Shown: positions 33,431 to 42,039 of the stretch, piece after piece
How positions within the stretch are numbered: the stretch's first letter is position 1
How the letters are laid out: every line of letters starts with the position of its first letter
DNA from: a virus
Lineage: Duplodnaviria > Caudoviricetes
Reading direction: 5' to 3' (one strand)
DNA length: 42,039 bases
Virus record (IMG/VR): IMGVR_UViG_3300030325_000005
Span: 1 to 42,039 of that record
Position numbers and translations under genes: made by a program
The notes under the pieces: model-generated
What the model was told of the DNA's origin: nothing
Database searches by the model: none
Seen by the model: the letters and a program-made list of their open reading frames with translations, nothing else

Positions 33431-35773
33431 TCAAGTCGTTTTCATAATAAAACGAAGCGCGTACCACGGCGGCGTGAATGACTGCGACGCGCTCAATGTG
33501 TGATTGTGATACACCGTGCCGGCGTGGTAAATCGTGATCGGTACGGGACCGTCGGTGCGGTCTGATTCCCAGTGGGAATGCCCATAATTGCCGGATGTGC
33601 TGCTCGCCGCTACGGTGTTGTTCCCTGCGCTCGCACTTTCTTGCCCGCTGGCCGCAATCTCAAGCAAAAAGTCCCGCATGTCCGGCGTCCCCGCGGTTCC
33701 GTCGCACGTCACCCAGCCCGATGGATTCGCGCCGCCGTCCCACAAGACAATCATGCCGGGCACCATCGGGTAATCGGATGTGCCGCCGTAGAGCGCGAGT
33801 TTTCTGCGCTTGATCGCCGCCGTGAGCGTAAGCGACGCGGTATGAACGTGAGCCCACGTCGCTTCTACGGTATTCTTCACGATATTGTCGTAGGGCGCGA
33901 AATCCTGAGACTGGCCCGAGACCTGGGTAAAGTGCGTGTGCGACATATTCGCGCTTGCAACCGTCGCGGACAGCGCTTGCGTTGCCGCTCCCGCATCGGC
34001 AATTGTGGTATCAGGCATCAATAGCCGCCCCGCGCCGGTGAGCACGCGGGCGACGTTGGGGTGTGAGATATTCGCGAGGCCGAAAACCATTATCGAGACG
34101 GGAGCGGTCGCGGCTGCCGTGACCTTTTTACAGAACGTATGCCGGCGGCGATATAGGTCCATCGTCGCGGCGGCGGCTGTCCAAGTGTGCGTGTGCCCGC
34201 CGACGCTAGAGGTATGATCCTCCGCGCTGATACCGAACCCGGCAAACCCGCCGCTGGTGCCCGCCTGAAAGCTGTTGGAAGCATCTCCGCGATGCGCCCC
34301 GCCAGTCGCAGTCGTCCCGCTCCAGGTTCCGGTCGCCGCCGCCCCGCCGGTAGCCGCGATCGCTTTCGTCCCCGACTCGCCCATGATGTACTTGCCGTTC
34401 GCCGCCGTGAACGCGGTATAACCAGCCGGCACGCTGGCGCCCGTATAGAGCACGATGGCGCCGTCGGGGATCGGCGCGGTACCGGGCGGGGAAATCAGCT
34501 CGCTCGGGTAATGACTGGCGTCGTAGCGCATCCCGTTGACGGAGTATCGCCCGGGCCCCGCGACGCCGACCGACATTATCCGCACCGGCAGCGACACGCC
34601 TCGCGCCGACTGAGCGAGGTTAACCACGTCCCCCATCTGATACACCACCCCGGCGTCAAACGTCTGCCAGGTCACGCTAACGCGGTGGGCGAGGCGGTTG
34701 AGGCGGGCCAGCGCTTTATTGCTCGCCTCTTCGGCCCGGTACACGCCCTCCATGCTCACCGATGTCGGAATCCTGTCAGCCCCCGGTGTGGCGGCGGGCG
34801 TCGCGGGGATGATGGGCCACGGAAGCGCCGCGCTGCCGCCGCTGGTGGGCGATTTATACCGGACCTCCACCTCAGTGGGGCTATCGCTGCCGTCGAGCGC
34901 CTGCACGCTCAGCGAACCGCTGACGATACTTGATGCCGCAACGGTTGGCACCGTGCCGAGATCTACGGCCTGATCGGGGATCAAGCGGATGTCCGCGCCG
35001 TCGTAAACGTAGAAAACCTCGGCATACTCGGCGAACAGGTCCAGCCAATCCGGCGCAACCGCCCGCCCGTCCGCGAGCGTGAGCGACAGCCGGCAGCGCG
35101 GGAGGGCTCCGCCGAGCAGCGTGTCGTTCCAGTCCGCTGCTGCCGTGACATTCAACGCCGCGACGCCCAGCCCGAAATCAGGGTCTGCGATCAAGTCCGC
35201 CATGCACAGCGCGGTATTATCCGAGTACGCCCGCACGGTAGGGGTGCCGCTGCGGGGGTCGAGTATTTTTAGCCCGCGAATCGTCGCGCGGAAACGCGGG
35301 AATCCGGTAATCGCGGCCGCCGTGGTGATGCGAGCTACCGTGTAAGCGATGCCGCGCGTTCTCAGTTTCCCTGCAAACGTCAGGGTGTCGGCATATCCAG
35401 CAATTGCGCTGGTCAATGTCGCGTCTGCGGTCTGCGTGCTGGTGCCGAGATAATTCGTGATTGTCACGCCGCTGATCGTGCTGGCGTCAACGTCGTTTAT
35501 ATAAACTTTTTCGATGGCGTCAATTTCGCCGATTGACCAAATCACCCCGAGCACAAGGTCTGTGCTGATAAGTCCCTTGGCAAAAATCAGCCCCGGCACA
35601 TTGTCGCGCCCGTAGGTGATCGGCAACAGCGCACCACTCGCCGCTACGGTGGCCGTGCGTTGCTGCGGTGATGTCGCCGCTTTGTTGATCTGCGTCGCCG
35701 TTTTCCGGCCCGCGCCTCCGCGCAGCGCGGAGATTGGCGCAACATATCCCGGCAGGGTCGGCAGATTAGACAC
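33431..35773 (-). CDS. central tail tip/hub protein with collar-like C-terminal repeats
   Basis: LPITYG..GEIDAI..YSDNTALC; C-terminal GAIVLY/GMIVLW..PSGWVTCDG and HxH motifs. Confidence 0.75.
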   Translation of the reverse strand: MSNLPTLPGYVAPISALRGGAGRKTATQINKAATSPQQRTATVAASGALLPITYGRDNVPGLIFAKGLISTDLVLGVIWSIGEIDAIEKVYINDVDASTISGVTITNYLGTSTQTADATLTSAIAGYADTLTFAGKLRTRGIAYTVARITTAAAITGFPRFRATIRGLKILDPRSGTPTVRAYSDNTALCMADLIADPDFGLGVAALNVTAAADWNDTLLGGALPRCRLSLTLADGRAVAPDWLDLFAEYAEVFYVYDGADIRLIPDQAVDLGTVPTVAASSIVSGSLSVQALDGSDSPTEVEVRYKSPTSGGSAALPWPIIPATPAATPGADRIPTSVSMEGVYRAEEASNKALARLNRLAHRVSVTWQTFDAGVVYQMGDVVNLAQSARGVSLPVRIMSVGVAGPGRYSVNGMRYDASHYPSELISPPGTAPIPDGAIVLYTGASVPAGYTAFTAANGKYIMGESGTKAIAATGGAAATGTWSGTTATGGAHRGDASNSFQAGTSGGFAGFGISAEDHTSSVGGHTHTWTAAAATMDLYRRRHTFCKKVTAAATAPVSIMVFGLANISHPNVARVLTGAGRLLMPDTTIADAGAATQALSATVASANMSHTHFTQVSGQSQDFAPYDNIVKNTVEATWAHVHTASLTLTAAIKRRKLALYGGTSDYPMVPGMIVLWDGGANPSGWVTCDGTAGTPDMRDFLLEIAASGQESASAGNNTVAASSTSGNYGHSHWESDRTDGPVPITIYHAGTVYHNHTLSASQSFTPPWYALRFIMKTT

Positions 35774-36104
35774 GGGGGCCGCGCAGCGTAGCGGTTACGC
35801 GGTAGAGGTTTTGGCCGCCGTCAAACGATACCGACGGCGCTTGAGTTAGCCGCCCCCGGTAGGTTTTCCCGCTGAATGTTGCGTCAATCTCCGATGCGCG
35901 ATAGGTTTCCAGGAACGTCTCAATGGTGTCCTTGCTCGCAAGCTCCAGCTTCTCCCACTGCAAGGACACCTCGTATTGCGTCGCGGCGTACAGCGAACGC
36001 AGCCGGGTCTGGCCGTCGTCGGTCCTATCCGACACCATACCGGTATCCGTAACGAACGCCGTGGCGATAGTGAGCACCGGGCTTGCAGGCAAAGCGATAG
36101 CCAC
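35766..36104 (-). CDS. minor tail protein
   Basis: DDGQTRLRSLY; position in tail tip cluster. Confidence 0.6.
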   Translation of the reverse strand: MAIALPASPVLTIATAFVTDTGMVSDRTDDGQTRLRSLYAATQYEVSLQWEKLELASKDTIETFLETYRASEIDATFSGKTYRGRLTQAPSVSFDGGQNLYRVTATLRGPRV

Positions 36105-36655
36105 TATCGAGCCTCCAGCGTGTAGGTGGCACCGCCCCAAATAAACTGCGACCCAGGTGCCGGCAGGGAGTTGAGGATCGGCGCCGACAGTCGGGTGCGC
36201 GGGCAGATTTTCGAGACCAGCGCGGAATGCGTCACGCCGATTTCCAGTGTATCGCCGAGATTTGCTGATACCAATTCGCCGGCCAGCAGCAAAATGGGAT
36301 CTCCGTACACAGTGCCTTGCAGCATGTACCCATCCTCAAAATAGCCGTCATCGACGATCATCGGATAGCGCACGCACGGCAGCAGGTAGATATTGCATGA
36401 GTTCCCGCGCCAATCACCCGTGATGACCTGCGCCGCCCTGGTGGCGGTAGGGAGCAGCCTGATGCTCCCGCGCTGCCAGTTGTCCATGCCCGCCACCCCA
36501 ACATCTGCTCCGGTATAGGTGGTCGCGCCTACGGTCTGGTCTCCGTTTGTCGATAGCCACTCCTGCCCCGCGCCCAGGTCTAGCTCAACCAGGTAGATCG
36601 GCGCGGTGACTGGTTCGGCCAGCAATGCGGTTTGTGTTGCGTCTGTAGCCCTCAC
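36104..36655 (-). CDS. minor tail protein
   Basis: PIYLVEL; follows TMP. Confidence 0.6.
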   Translation of the reverse strand: MRATDATQTALLAEPVTAPIYLVELDLGAGQEWLSTNGDQTVGATTYTGADVGVAGMDNWQRGSIRLLPTATRAAQVITGDWRGNSCNIYLLPCVRYPMIVDDGYFEDGYMLQGTVYGDPILLLAGELVSANLGDTLEIGVTHSALVSKICPRTRLSAPILNSLPAPGSQFIWGGATYTLEAR

Positions 36656-39600
36656 TGGTACACCACCTCGCCGCCCCCGCTTCGTGCGGTCGCAAGAGCG
36701 CTGGCCGCTGCGATCATATTGAGGCTGGCCGCGTTGAAAATGTTAGCGGATTCGAGGATTGATTTAGACGCCTCGGCGTGAAGGTTTGCCGAGTCAATCG
36801 CCGCCTGGCTGGCGGGGTCCATCGCAGCGGACACCGCATCGAAAATCCCGTTGGCCGTGGTATCGAGATTGCCGAACGCGGCATCGATACGCTCCTGCCC
36901 AAGCGATTCCACGCCGTCCAGGAAGCTGAGAAATCCGGCGCCCATCGCGGCTTGCTGGTCCTTCGACAGGCTCTGCCACACGGTAGCGGATAGCGCTTCG
37001 ATCTGCTTTACGGTATCGACGATTTTCGCCGGGTCGGTAGCGGTGTTGAGCGAGGCAACTAATTCGTCGACTTGCGATTTTCGGCGCGCATACAGCGCAT
37101 CTTCAGCCAATAGCGACTCTTCAATCGTATTGCGCAGTCCGCCAATGATTACGCTGATCTGCGTTGATGCCTGCGAAAGCGCAATGCCAAGCGCCTCGGC
37201 GGTGGCCTGCTCTGTCTGCAATGCCGACACCAGCGCGTTGTGCGATTCTATGCTGCCGTCGTAAGCCTCGGACAGCCGATACACCTCGGCGACCTGGTCC
37301 CCGAATACGTCGGTCGCAGTGCGTGCTGCGTAGGTAATCGCTTTTTGCGCATTAGCCTCTGCGCCGAATGCCTCGCGCAGTTGTCGCGGGATTTCTCGCT
37401 TCTGAATCTCGACGTTAAATCCTGCCAGCAATTCATCGACGGTATCGCCCTTGATGCTGTTCAGCGATTCAGCAAGGCCAACGTCGAGCGTCGTGGAAAC
37501 TTCGGCGATCCACGCGCGCACAAACTCTACGGAAGCGCCGGACAGTTTCGATGGGTCGAACTCAACGTCCTGCGCACTGCCGAAAAACGACCCGGATGAC
37601 CCGCCCTTGAGACCGCTACCGCCCAGGGAATGGCCGGCAAGATTCACGGTTCCGCCCAGCCGCTGCACGCCCTGAGTCAGGATGGAATCGAGCGCTGCGA
37701 ATTGATCCAGCAATCCGCCGGCCAGTTTCCCGCCGTCTGGAAGCCGCCTCGAAACAGCCGACAGACTCAACCCGCTGGCGGCTGTAACTGATCCGCTGGT
37801 GCGGCCCTCAAAGCCCGCATTAGATCCGGCGGTTACCCCTGCGTAGAGCGTTTTGTTTTTGCCGTCACCGCCAAGCATGCCCCCGATAATTGGCGCGGCA
37901 ATGCCGACAATTGCTGCTATTGTCCCCAGCCCTCCGGGAATCATGGTAGACAGGCTGTTCGCCGTATTATTCGCAGCCAGCCCGAATGATCCTACTGCGC
38001 CCCCCTGCATAGCGAGCGCGCTAGTTCCTCCCAGGATTGCATTTTGGACTCCAGGCAGAACATTACCGCCGCTAAATAAACCGCCCCCTTTTCCGCCGGT
38101 GAGCGAGCCTAAAATCCCGGACAGATTCCCGCCAGCGCCCGCTCCAGGCAGCCCAATGGCAGACGCTATGTCCGCCGCCGCCGCTTGCGACACCATCGTT
38201 TTGATGATGCTGATGAACGATGACAGCATTCCGTCAAGCCCATCCTCAAACGGGTTGAACAGAAACTCGGCGAATGCGTCCTGGATATTTTTTGCCGCCT
38301 GCTCGCCGTAGGCTGAAAGCTGTTCGGTAGATCCCCTCAGGATCTCCGCTTCATCTTCCGCCAGTTGAGCGATTGCGCGATTGATTTCTTCCGCGCGCTC
38401 GGGGAATTGCTCCGCCGCGATGTTGAGCTTGAGCATCGCCTCGCGCACTGCCATCAAGCGCTGTTCTTGCTCGGGCAGCGATTGCCTGATCAGGTCATCC
38501 GTTGATCTCTTGTATTCTTCGGTTGAGCGCGCTAGATCGTCGGTGGCTTTTTTGCCTCGCACCTGCTCATCCGCGATCCGCGCCAGCGACAGAACGCGCT
38601 GCTTTTCCGCCTCGGATATTTTCCCGTAAGCGCCTAGCTGGATTTTTGCCGAGAGCTGGGCCTCTTCACCCTCTTTTCCGAACAGCGCAATTTTCTCTTC
38701 CAGGCTGTCAATCAGCGAATTCCAGGCTTTTTGCTGGGCACTCAGTTCGACGGTAATCGCCTTGACGCTCGGCGCGCCCTTGCCGCCAAGGTCCAGTATG
38801 GCAGCCTTTGCTTCTGTAGCAGCCGGCACCGTTTTTTCCATCGCGCCAAGAAGCCGCTTTGACTCTGCGGTCAGAAACGCTATGCGCGCGGTAACCTGCT
38901 CGATAGATCGCGCGTTTAGAAGCCCCTCCCTGGTATCCGACAGCCCGGCATTGTTCAATATCGTGAAATCAGCCGTTAGGCCGGACAGCTTTTCCCTCAG
39001 GACATCTAACTCGCGCTCTACGACAGCGATGCTTCCGGTAGTCTCGGAACCGAACAATTCCGCACCGACGAACTCGCGCAACATCCCGACAAAACCGGCG
39101 ATCTCTGCCGGAGCCTTGACGATGGCGTTGACAATGGACAGGATCGACGAGGCGATTGCCGCCGCACCCGCTTTAACCTCCGGGTCAGACAGCGTTTTGC
39201 CAAGATCATTGATGGCGCTTTTCAGCGCGTCAGCACCTTCCGTTCCACCGGCCTCAAACAAATCATCAAAGGCGTTTTTCAGCCCCGTGACGGCACCGCC
39301 CAGCGTATCACGAGCCGCACTGGCAGCACCCTTGAATTTCGACTCCAGCTTTCCGAGAATAATTTCCTGCGCTTCGGCTGCGCGCCCTGAATCAACCAGG
39401 GCCTTGTACATCTCTTTTTCTGTTTCCGTAAAAATCACACCGGAACGCGATAACGCTGTGATGCCCTCTGCGGTCCCCGCCAGCGCCTTTCCGACCTGTA
39501 GAGCGACACCCTCTAGGTCGCCGCTTTTCGATGCCATGTTGACGATGGCTTGCGTAGCGCGGTCCATGTTCTCGCCGAGCCCGCCGCTAACGTCAATCAG

Positions 39601-39984
39601 GCGCGACATCGCCCCGACAATGGCTTCATCATCGAAAACCGACGCGGCTTGTAGCGCGCTGGCCTTTTCCGCAAGCTCAGCCAGCGATGCGCCAGCGGCA
39701 GCCCCGGCGTTTTGCAGAGAATTTGCAAGCCTCGCAGCGGCGGCTTCTTGCGCTGAAGTTGCAGAAACAATCTTGGTCGCCAGTCCGGCAAATGCGGCAA
39801 CCGCTATTGCAGCACCTGCGCCAATAGCCGCCCCGGTCCGTGATGCGGAATCGGACAGCTTATCGGCAGCCTTTTCAGCATCCTTCGCGGATTTGCTGAA
39901 TTTATCGAGGTCGTCTTTACCGGCTTTGACTTGCGATGAATCAACGCCGATGCCGAGTTTGGAAAAAAACTCACTCATCGCCAT
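36652..39984 (-). CDS. tape measure protein
   Basis: 1110 aa, Ala-rich helical, LGIGVDSSQV start, follows chaperones. Confidence 0.92.
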   Translation of the reverse strand: MAMSEFFSKLGIGVDSSQVKAGKDDLDKFSKSAKDAEKAADKLSDSASRTGAAIGAGAAIAVAAFAGLATKIVSATSAQEAAAARLANSLQNAGAAAGASLAELAEKASALQAASVFDDEAIVGAMSRLIDVSGGLGENMDRATQAIVNMASKSGDLEGVALQVGKALAGTAEGITALSRSGVIFTETEKEMYKALVDSGRAAEAQEIILGKLESKFKGAASAARDTLGGAVTGLKNAFDDLFEAGGTEGADALKSAINDLGKTLSDPEVKAGAAAIASSILSIVNAIVKAPAEIAGFVGMLREFVGAELFGSETTGSIAVVERELDVLREKLSGLTADFTILNNAGLSDTREGLLNARSIEQVTARIAFLTAESKRLLGAMEKTVPAATEAKAAILDLGGKGAPSVKAITVELSAQQKAWNSLIDSLEEKIALFGKEGEEAQLSAKIQLGAYGKISEAEKQRVLSLARIADEQVRGKKATDDLARSTEEYKRSTDDLIRQSLPEQEQRLMAVREAMLKLNIAAEQFPERAEEINRAIAQLAEDEAEILRGSTEQLSAYGEQAAKNIQDAFAEFLFNPFEDGLDGMLSSFISIIKTMVSQAAAADIASAIGLPGAGAGGNLSGILGSLTGGKGGGLFSGGNVLPGVQNAILGGTSALAMQGGAVGSFGLAANNTANSLSTMIPGGLGTIAAIVGIAAPIIGGMLGGDGKNKTLYAGVTAGSNAGFEGRTSGSVTAASGLSLSAVSRRLPDGGKLAGGLLDQFAALDSILTQGVQRLGGTVNLAGHSLGGSGLKGGSSGSFFGSAQDVEFDPSKLSGASVEFVRAWIAEVSTTLDVGLAESLNSIKGDTVDELLAGFNVEIQKREIPRQLREAFGAEANAQKAITYAARTATDVFGDQVAEVYRLSEAYDGSIESHNALVSALQTEQATAEALGIALSQASTQISVIIGGLRNTIEESLLAEDALYARRKSQVDELVASLNTATDPAKIVDTVKQIEALSATVWQSLSKDQQAAMGAGFLSFLDGVESLGQERIDAAFGNLDTTANGIFDAVSAAMDPASQAAIDSANLHAEASKSILESANIFNAASLNMIAAASALATARSGGGEVVYQ

Positions 39985-40321
39985 TACCTACGAACGGCGG
40001 TTGCGGGTTTTTGCTGGAGGCTGATCGATAGGCGCCCACATAGGCAACGGAAAGCGTGTGCAGAAGCGCCGCCTCATCTCCTGTGATATCCGCGCCGCTG
40101 ACGGACTCCCACGCCGCGATGTCTTGCCATGTGAGCGGTAGCGTGCCCATATCCCCGTGCCTCATGCGTCCGGTGGCCGTAAAATCCTGGAGCAGATATA
40201 CATCGCCAGGCAACAGGGGCGGCATTGCTTTTGCCGCGCGTTCAGCACCCACTAGTTCGCGGCGCGTTTTCGACGTCTCGTGAGGCACCGCATCGAACCA
40301 CGCCAACTGCCGAACGTACAA
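39971..40321 (-). CDS. tail assembly chaperone, frameshifted (gpGT-like) part
   Basis: PLTWQDIAAW; open in the -1 frame from the slippery site. Confidence 0.75.
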   Translation of the reverse strand: MYVRQLAWFDAVPHETSKTRRELVGAERAAKAMPPLLPGDVYLLQDFTATGRMRHGDMGTLPLTWQDIAAWESVSGADITGDEAALLHTLSVAYVGAYRSASSKNPQPPFVGNGDE

Positions 40322-40323
40322 AA

Positions 40324-40734
40324 TCAGACGTTCGGCGCGAGCCCCAAAAAATGCGATTTCTCACGGATGAACTCCGCTACCTGCCCTCCGTTATAGGGCC
40401 AGATGCTATCCCAAAACTCGCGCGCGGACTCGGGTGTCAGCGTCAGCTGCTTACCGTCTTCACCCAGCACGTTATCCCAGCCAATCGTACAGCCGACAAC
40501 GATGGACAACGCCACCTCCGCGCGCTCATCATCATCAAGCACCTTGTCGGCATTCTGCCTGCGCAGCTCGCGAACGATGTTCTTGAACCGCGCGGATTCC
40601 TCGCCAGCTACGCGAACGGTAACCGGTTCGCTCCCAACCTGCGCCGGATTGCCCCAGGGATCGAGCACCGTGTACAGCGCGCCCGCATCGAATTTTGCGC
40701 GATAATTGACAGCAAACGCATTGAAGTCAGCCAT
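40324..40734 (-). CDS. tail assembly chaperone (gpG-like)
   Basis: CTIGWDNV; between MTP and TMP. Confidence 0.8.
   Translation of the reverse strand: MADFNAFAVNYRAKFDAGALYTVLDPWGNPAQVGSEPVTVRVAGEESARFKNIVRELRRQNADKVLDDDERAEVALSIVVGCTIGWDNVLGEDGKQLTLTPESAREFWDSIWPYNGGQVAEFIREKSHFLGLAPNV
40345..40351 (-). other. -1 programmed frameshift heptamer T TTT TTG
   Basis: The -1 frame reads FGARAERLILYVRQLAWF into the next ORF. Confidence 0.75.
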
Positions 40735-40737
40735 GCA

Positions 40738-41175
40738 TTACACCGTCACGATGGGTTTGTTAATTTCCACTTTCGCGACCCCCAGGAAGAAGCTGTTCAC
40801 ACCGGAGTGGTTGCGCGTAAAGCTGGAAACGATGCCGGTGAAATAATCCTTTTTCCCATCAGGCCGCGTGACCTTGACGGAGATGCCGGTGTTGTTGCCC
40901 AGCGCTGTGCTGAGGATTCCCTGCCCGGCATCGGCCACGACATGCGCGAAACCAAACCCCACCGAACCATAGTCGATACTGCCCGTGCTCTTTTGGGTCA
41001 CCCGGTTGTCGATCGGATTAAACGTGTTGACAGAGGTGGACGGGCCGAATTCCGGGACGTCCGAAACGTCGGTCACCTGTGTCCACGACAATGCGTTATA
41101 CCCCGCAGCGTCATAGGTTGCCGGGAGTGATGCGGAAACGTGTACGGTAGTTCCTGCGGCTGACAAAGCGGTCAT
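40738..41175 (-). CDS. major tail protein
   Basis: LPATYDAAGY..VPEFG..GSIDYG..DAGQ. Confidence 0.85.
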   Translation of the reverse strand: MTALSAAGTTVHVSASLPATYDAAGYNALSWTQVTDVSDVPEFGPSTSVNTFNPIDNRVTQKSTGSIDYGSVGFGFAHVVADAGQGILSTALGNNTGISVKVTRPDGKKDYFTGIVSSFTRNHSGVNSFFLGVAKVEINKPIVTV

Positions 41176-41179
41176 TGTG

Positions 41180-41578
41180 TTACCTCACATTTTCATAGGG
41201 GATTGAAACGGCAATGGCCAACCACGCGCCGTCGATCACTGCCGGCCCGATAGAGCCGGCGCGGTGAACCTTGAAGCCCGGTGCGGAAAACCCGCGCGGG
41301 AACAGATCCAGGATTTGTTGCGCAACTGAATACGCTTTGATGATCCCGGTTCCGTGTTTTTCGTAAACTGAAACTTGCAGAATTCCGCGCTCGACATCCC
41401 AGGATGACAGCCCAATCGACTCTGTATCAGCCGGCAAAATGTAGGCGCGCAGGTGCATAGCGTCGGGGATAGATGGATTCGCCTCGTTTTGATACAGCAC
41501 AGGCGGCAGCCACACCGCATCCACTGCCGCGTTAGCTAGCGTGGTGAATGCGTCGTTGATGATGTCGGGGAGCGGCAT
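41180..41578 (-). CDS. tail terminator protein
   Basis: GILQVSV..FPRG..VSIPY. Confidence 0.75.
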   Translation of the reverse strand: MPLPDIINDAFTTLANAAVDAVWLPPVLYQNEANPSIPDAMHLRAYILPADTESIGLSSWDVERGILQVSVYEKHGTGIIKAYSVAQQILDLFPRGFSAPGFKVHRAGSIGPAVIDGAWLAIAVSIPYENVR

Positions 41579-41985
41579 TACAGCCTCGGCTCGTTCTTCT
41601 GCGCTTCTTCGCGCACGTTGGCCCGCACATTTTCCGCCGTGATTCGAACCATCCCAGCGGGTGCCTTGATTGTGCTCCAGCCCTCGAACTCAATGCGCAT
41701 CGCATAAGACAGATTGTTGGTTAGCCAGAACTGTGTACCAGGCGCTTTATCGATGGCAGGCTTGGCGCGGGTTATCGTCGCGCGGCCGCTTTTATCCACC
41801 GCTTCTGTTACAGCGGCAGACGGCGCGCCGATGGTCGCGAACCAGTTCCCGCGCAGTCGCCCGGTATCCACGGGGGTGCGCTCAACAACCTCCTTCGTAA
41901 CGGCCAGGCACACCGCACGGATCGTTTTATCGATTCCAACGCCGGTGGCTTTCGACCACTTTTCAACGTCGGATGAAAAACTCAT
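41578..41985 (-). CDS. neck protein (HK97 gp10-like)
   Basis: TPVDTGRLRGNW..NNLSYA..EGWS..APAGMVR. Confidence 0.85.
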   Translation of the reverse strand: MSFSSDVEKWSKATGVGIDKTIRAVCLAVTKEVVERTPVDTGRLRGNWFATIGAPSAAVTEAVDKSGRATITRAKPAIDKAPGTQFWLTNNLSYAMRIEFEGWSTIKAPAGMVRITAENVRANVREEAQKNEPRL

Positions 41986-42039
41986 TTCCGCACCTGCACG
42001 AAATGCACAAGCCCAGTATCTCCGGGCTTTACGGTGGTG
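41913..42039. repeat. 127-bp terminal direct repeat (copy 2)
   Basis: Identical to 1-127. Confidence 0.95.

Noticed and set aside
32130-35773. Diversity-generating retroelement or invertible fibre cassette
   Set aside because: No reverse transcriptase, invertase or TR/VR pair noticed by eye
38762-40024. Long plus-strand ORFs antisense to structural genes (also 1083-2168, 3526-4320, 7156-7923, 21823-22710, 40225-41130)
   Set aside because: Shadow frames of GC-rich genes; no motifs

Overview
A complete, circularly assembled dsDNA tailed phage genome (siphovirus-like). It has 41,912 bp of unique sequence; bases 1-127 repeat exactly at 41913-42039. The spanin pair and GH108 endolysin point to a Gram-negative, probably proteobacterial, host. 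Two arms diverge from a control region at ~22.9-23.65 kb. The + arm (23.3-31.3 kb) carries an RHH regulator, Rad52/Sak-like annealase, exonuclease, SSB, HNH genes and small ORFs. The - arm carries a ParB-methyltransferase/nuclease pair, lambda O/P-like replication genes with iterons, a nin-like accessory region with scattered lysis genes and an exported polysaccharide deacetylase, then packaging, head and (across the junction) tail genes. I found no integrase and no CI-like repressor. Most notable: (1) integron attC-like sites that border accessory genes lying antisense to the cassette, with no IntI present; (2) repeated 'insert and rebuild the neighbour' scars, namely duplicated gene starts or ends at ssb, a ParB gene, ninB and several small genes; (3) a 72-nt tRNA-like/c4-like fold in the leader of the left operon; (4) three YUGGG-loop hairpins around the scaffold gene. 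Family assignments come from motif recognition by eye; no searches were run.
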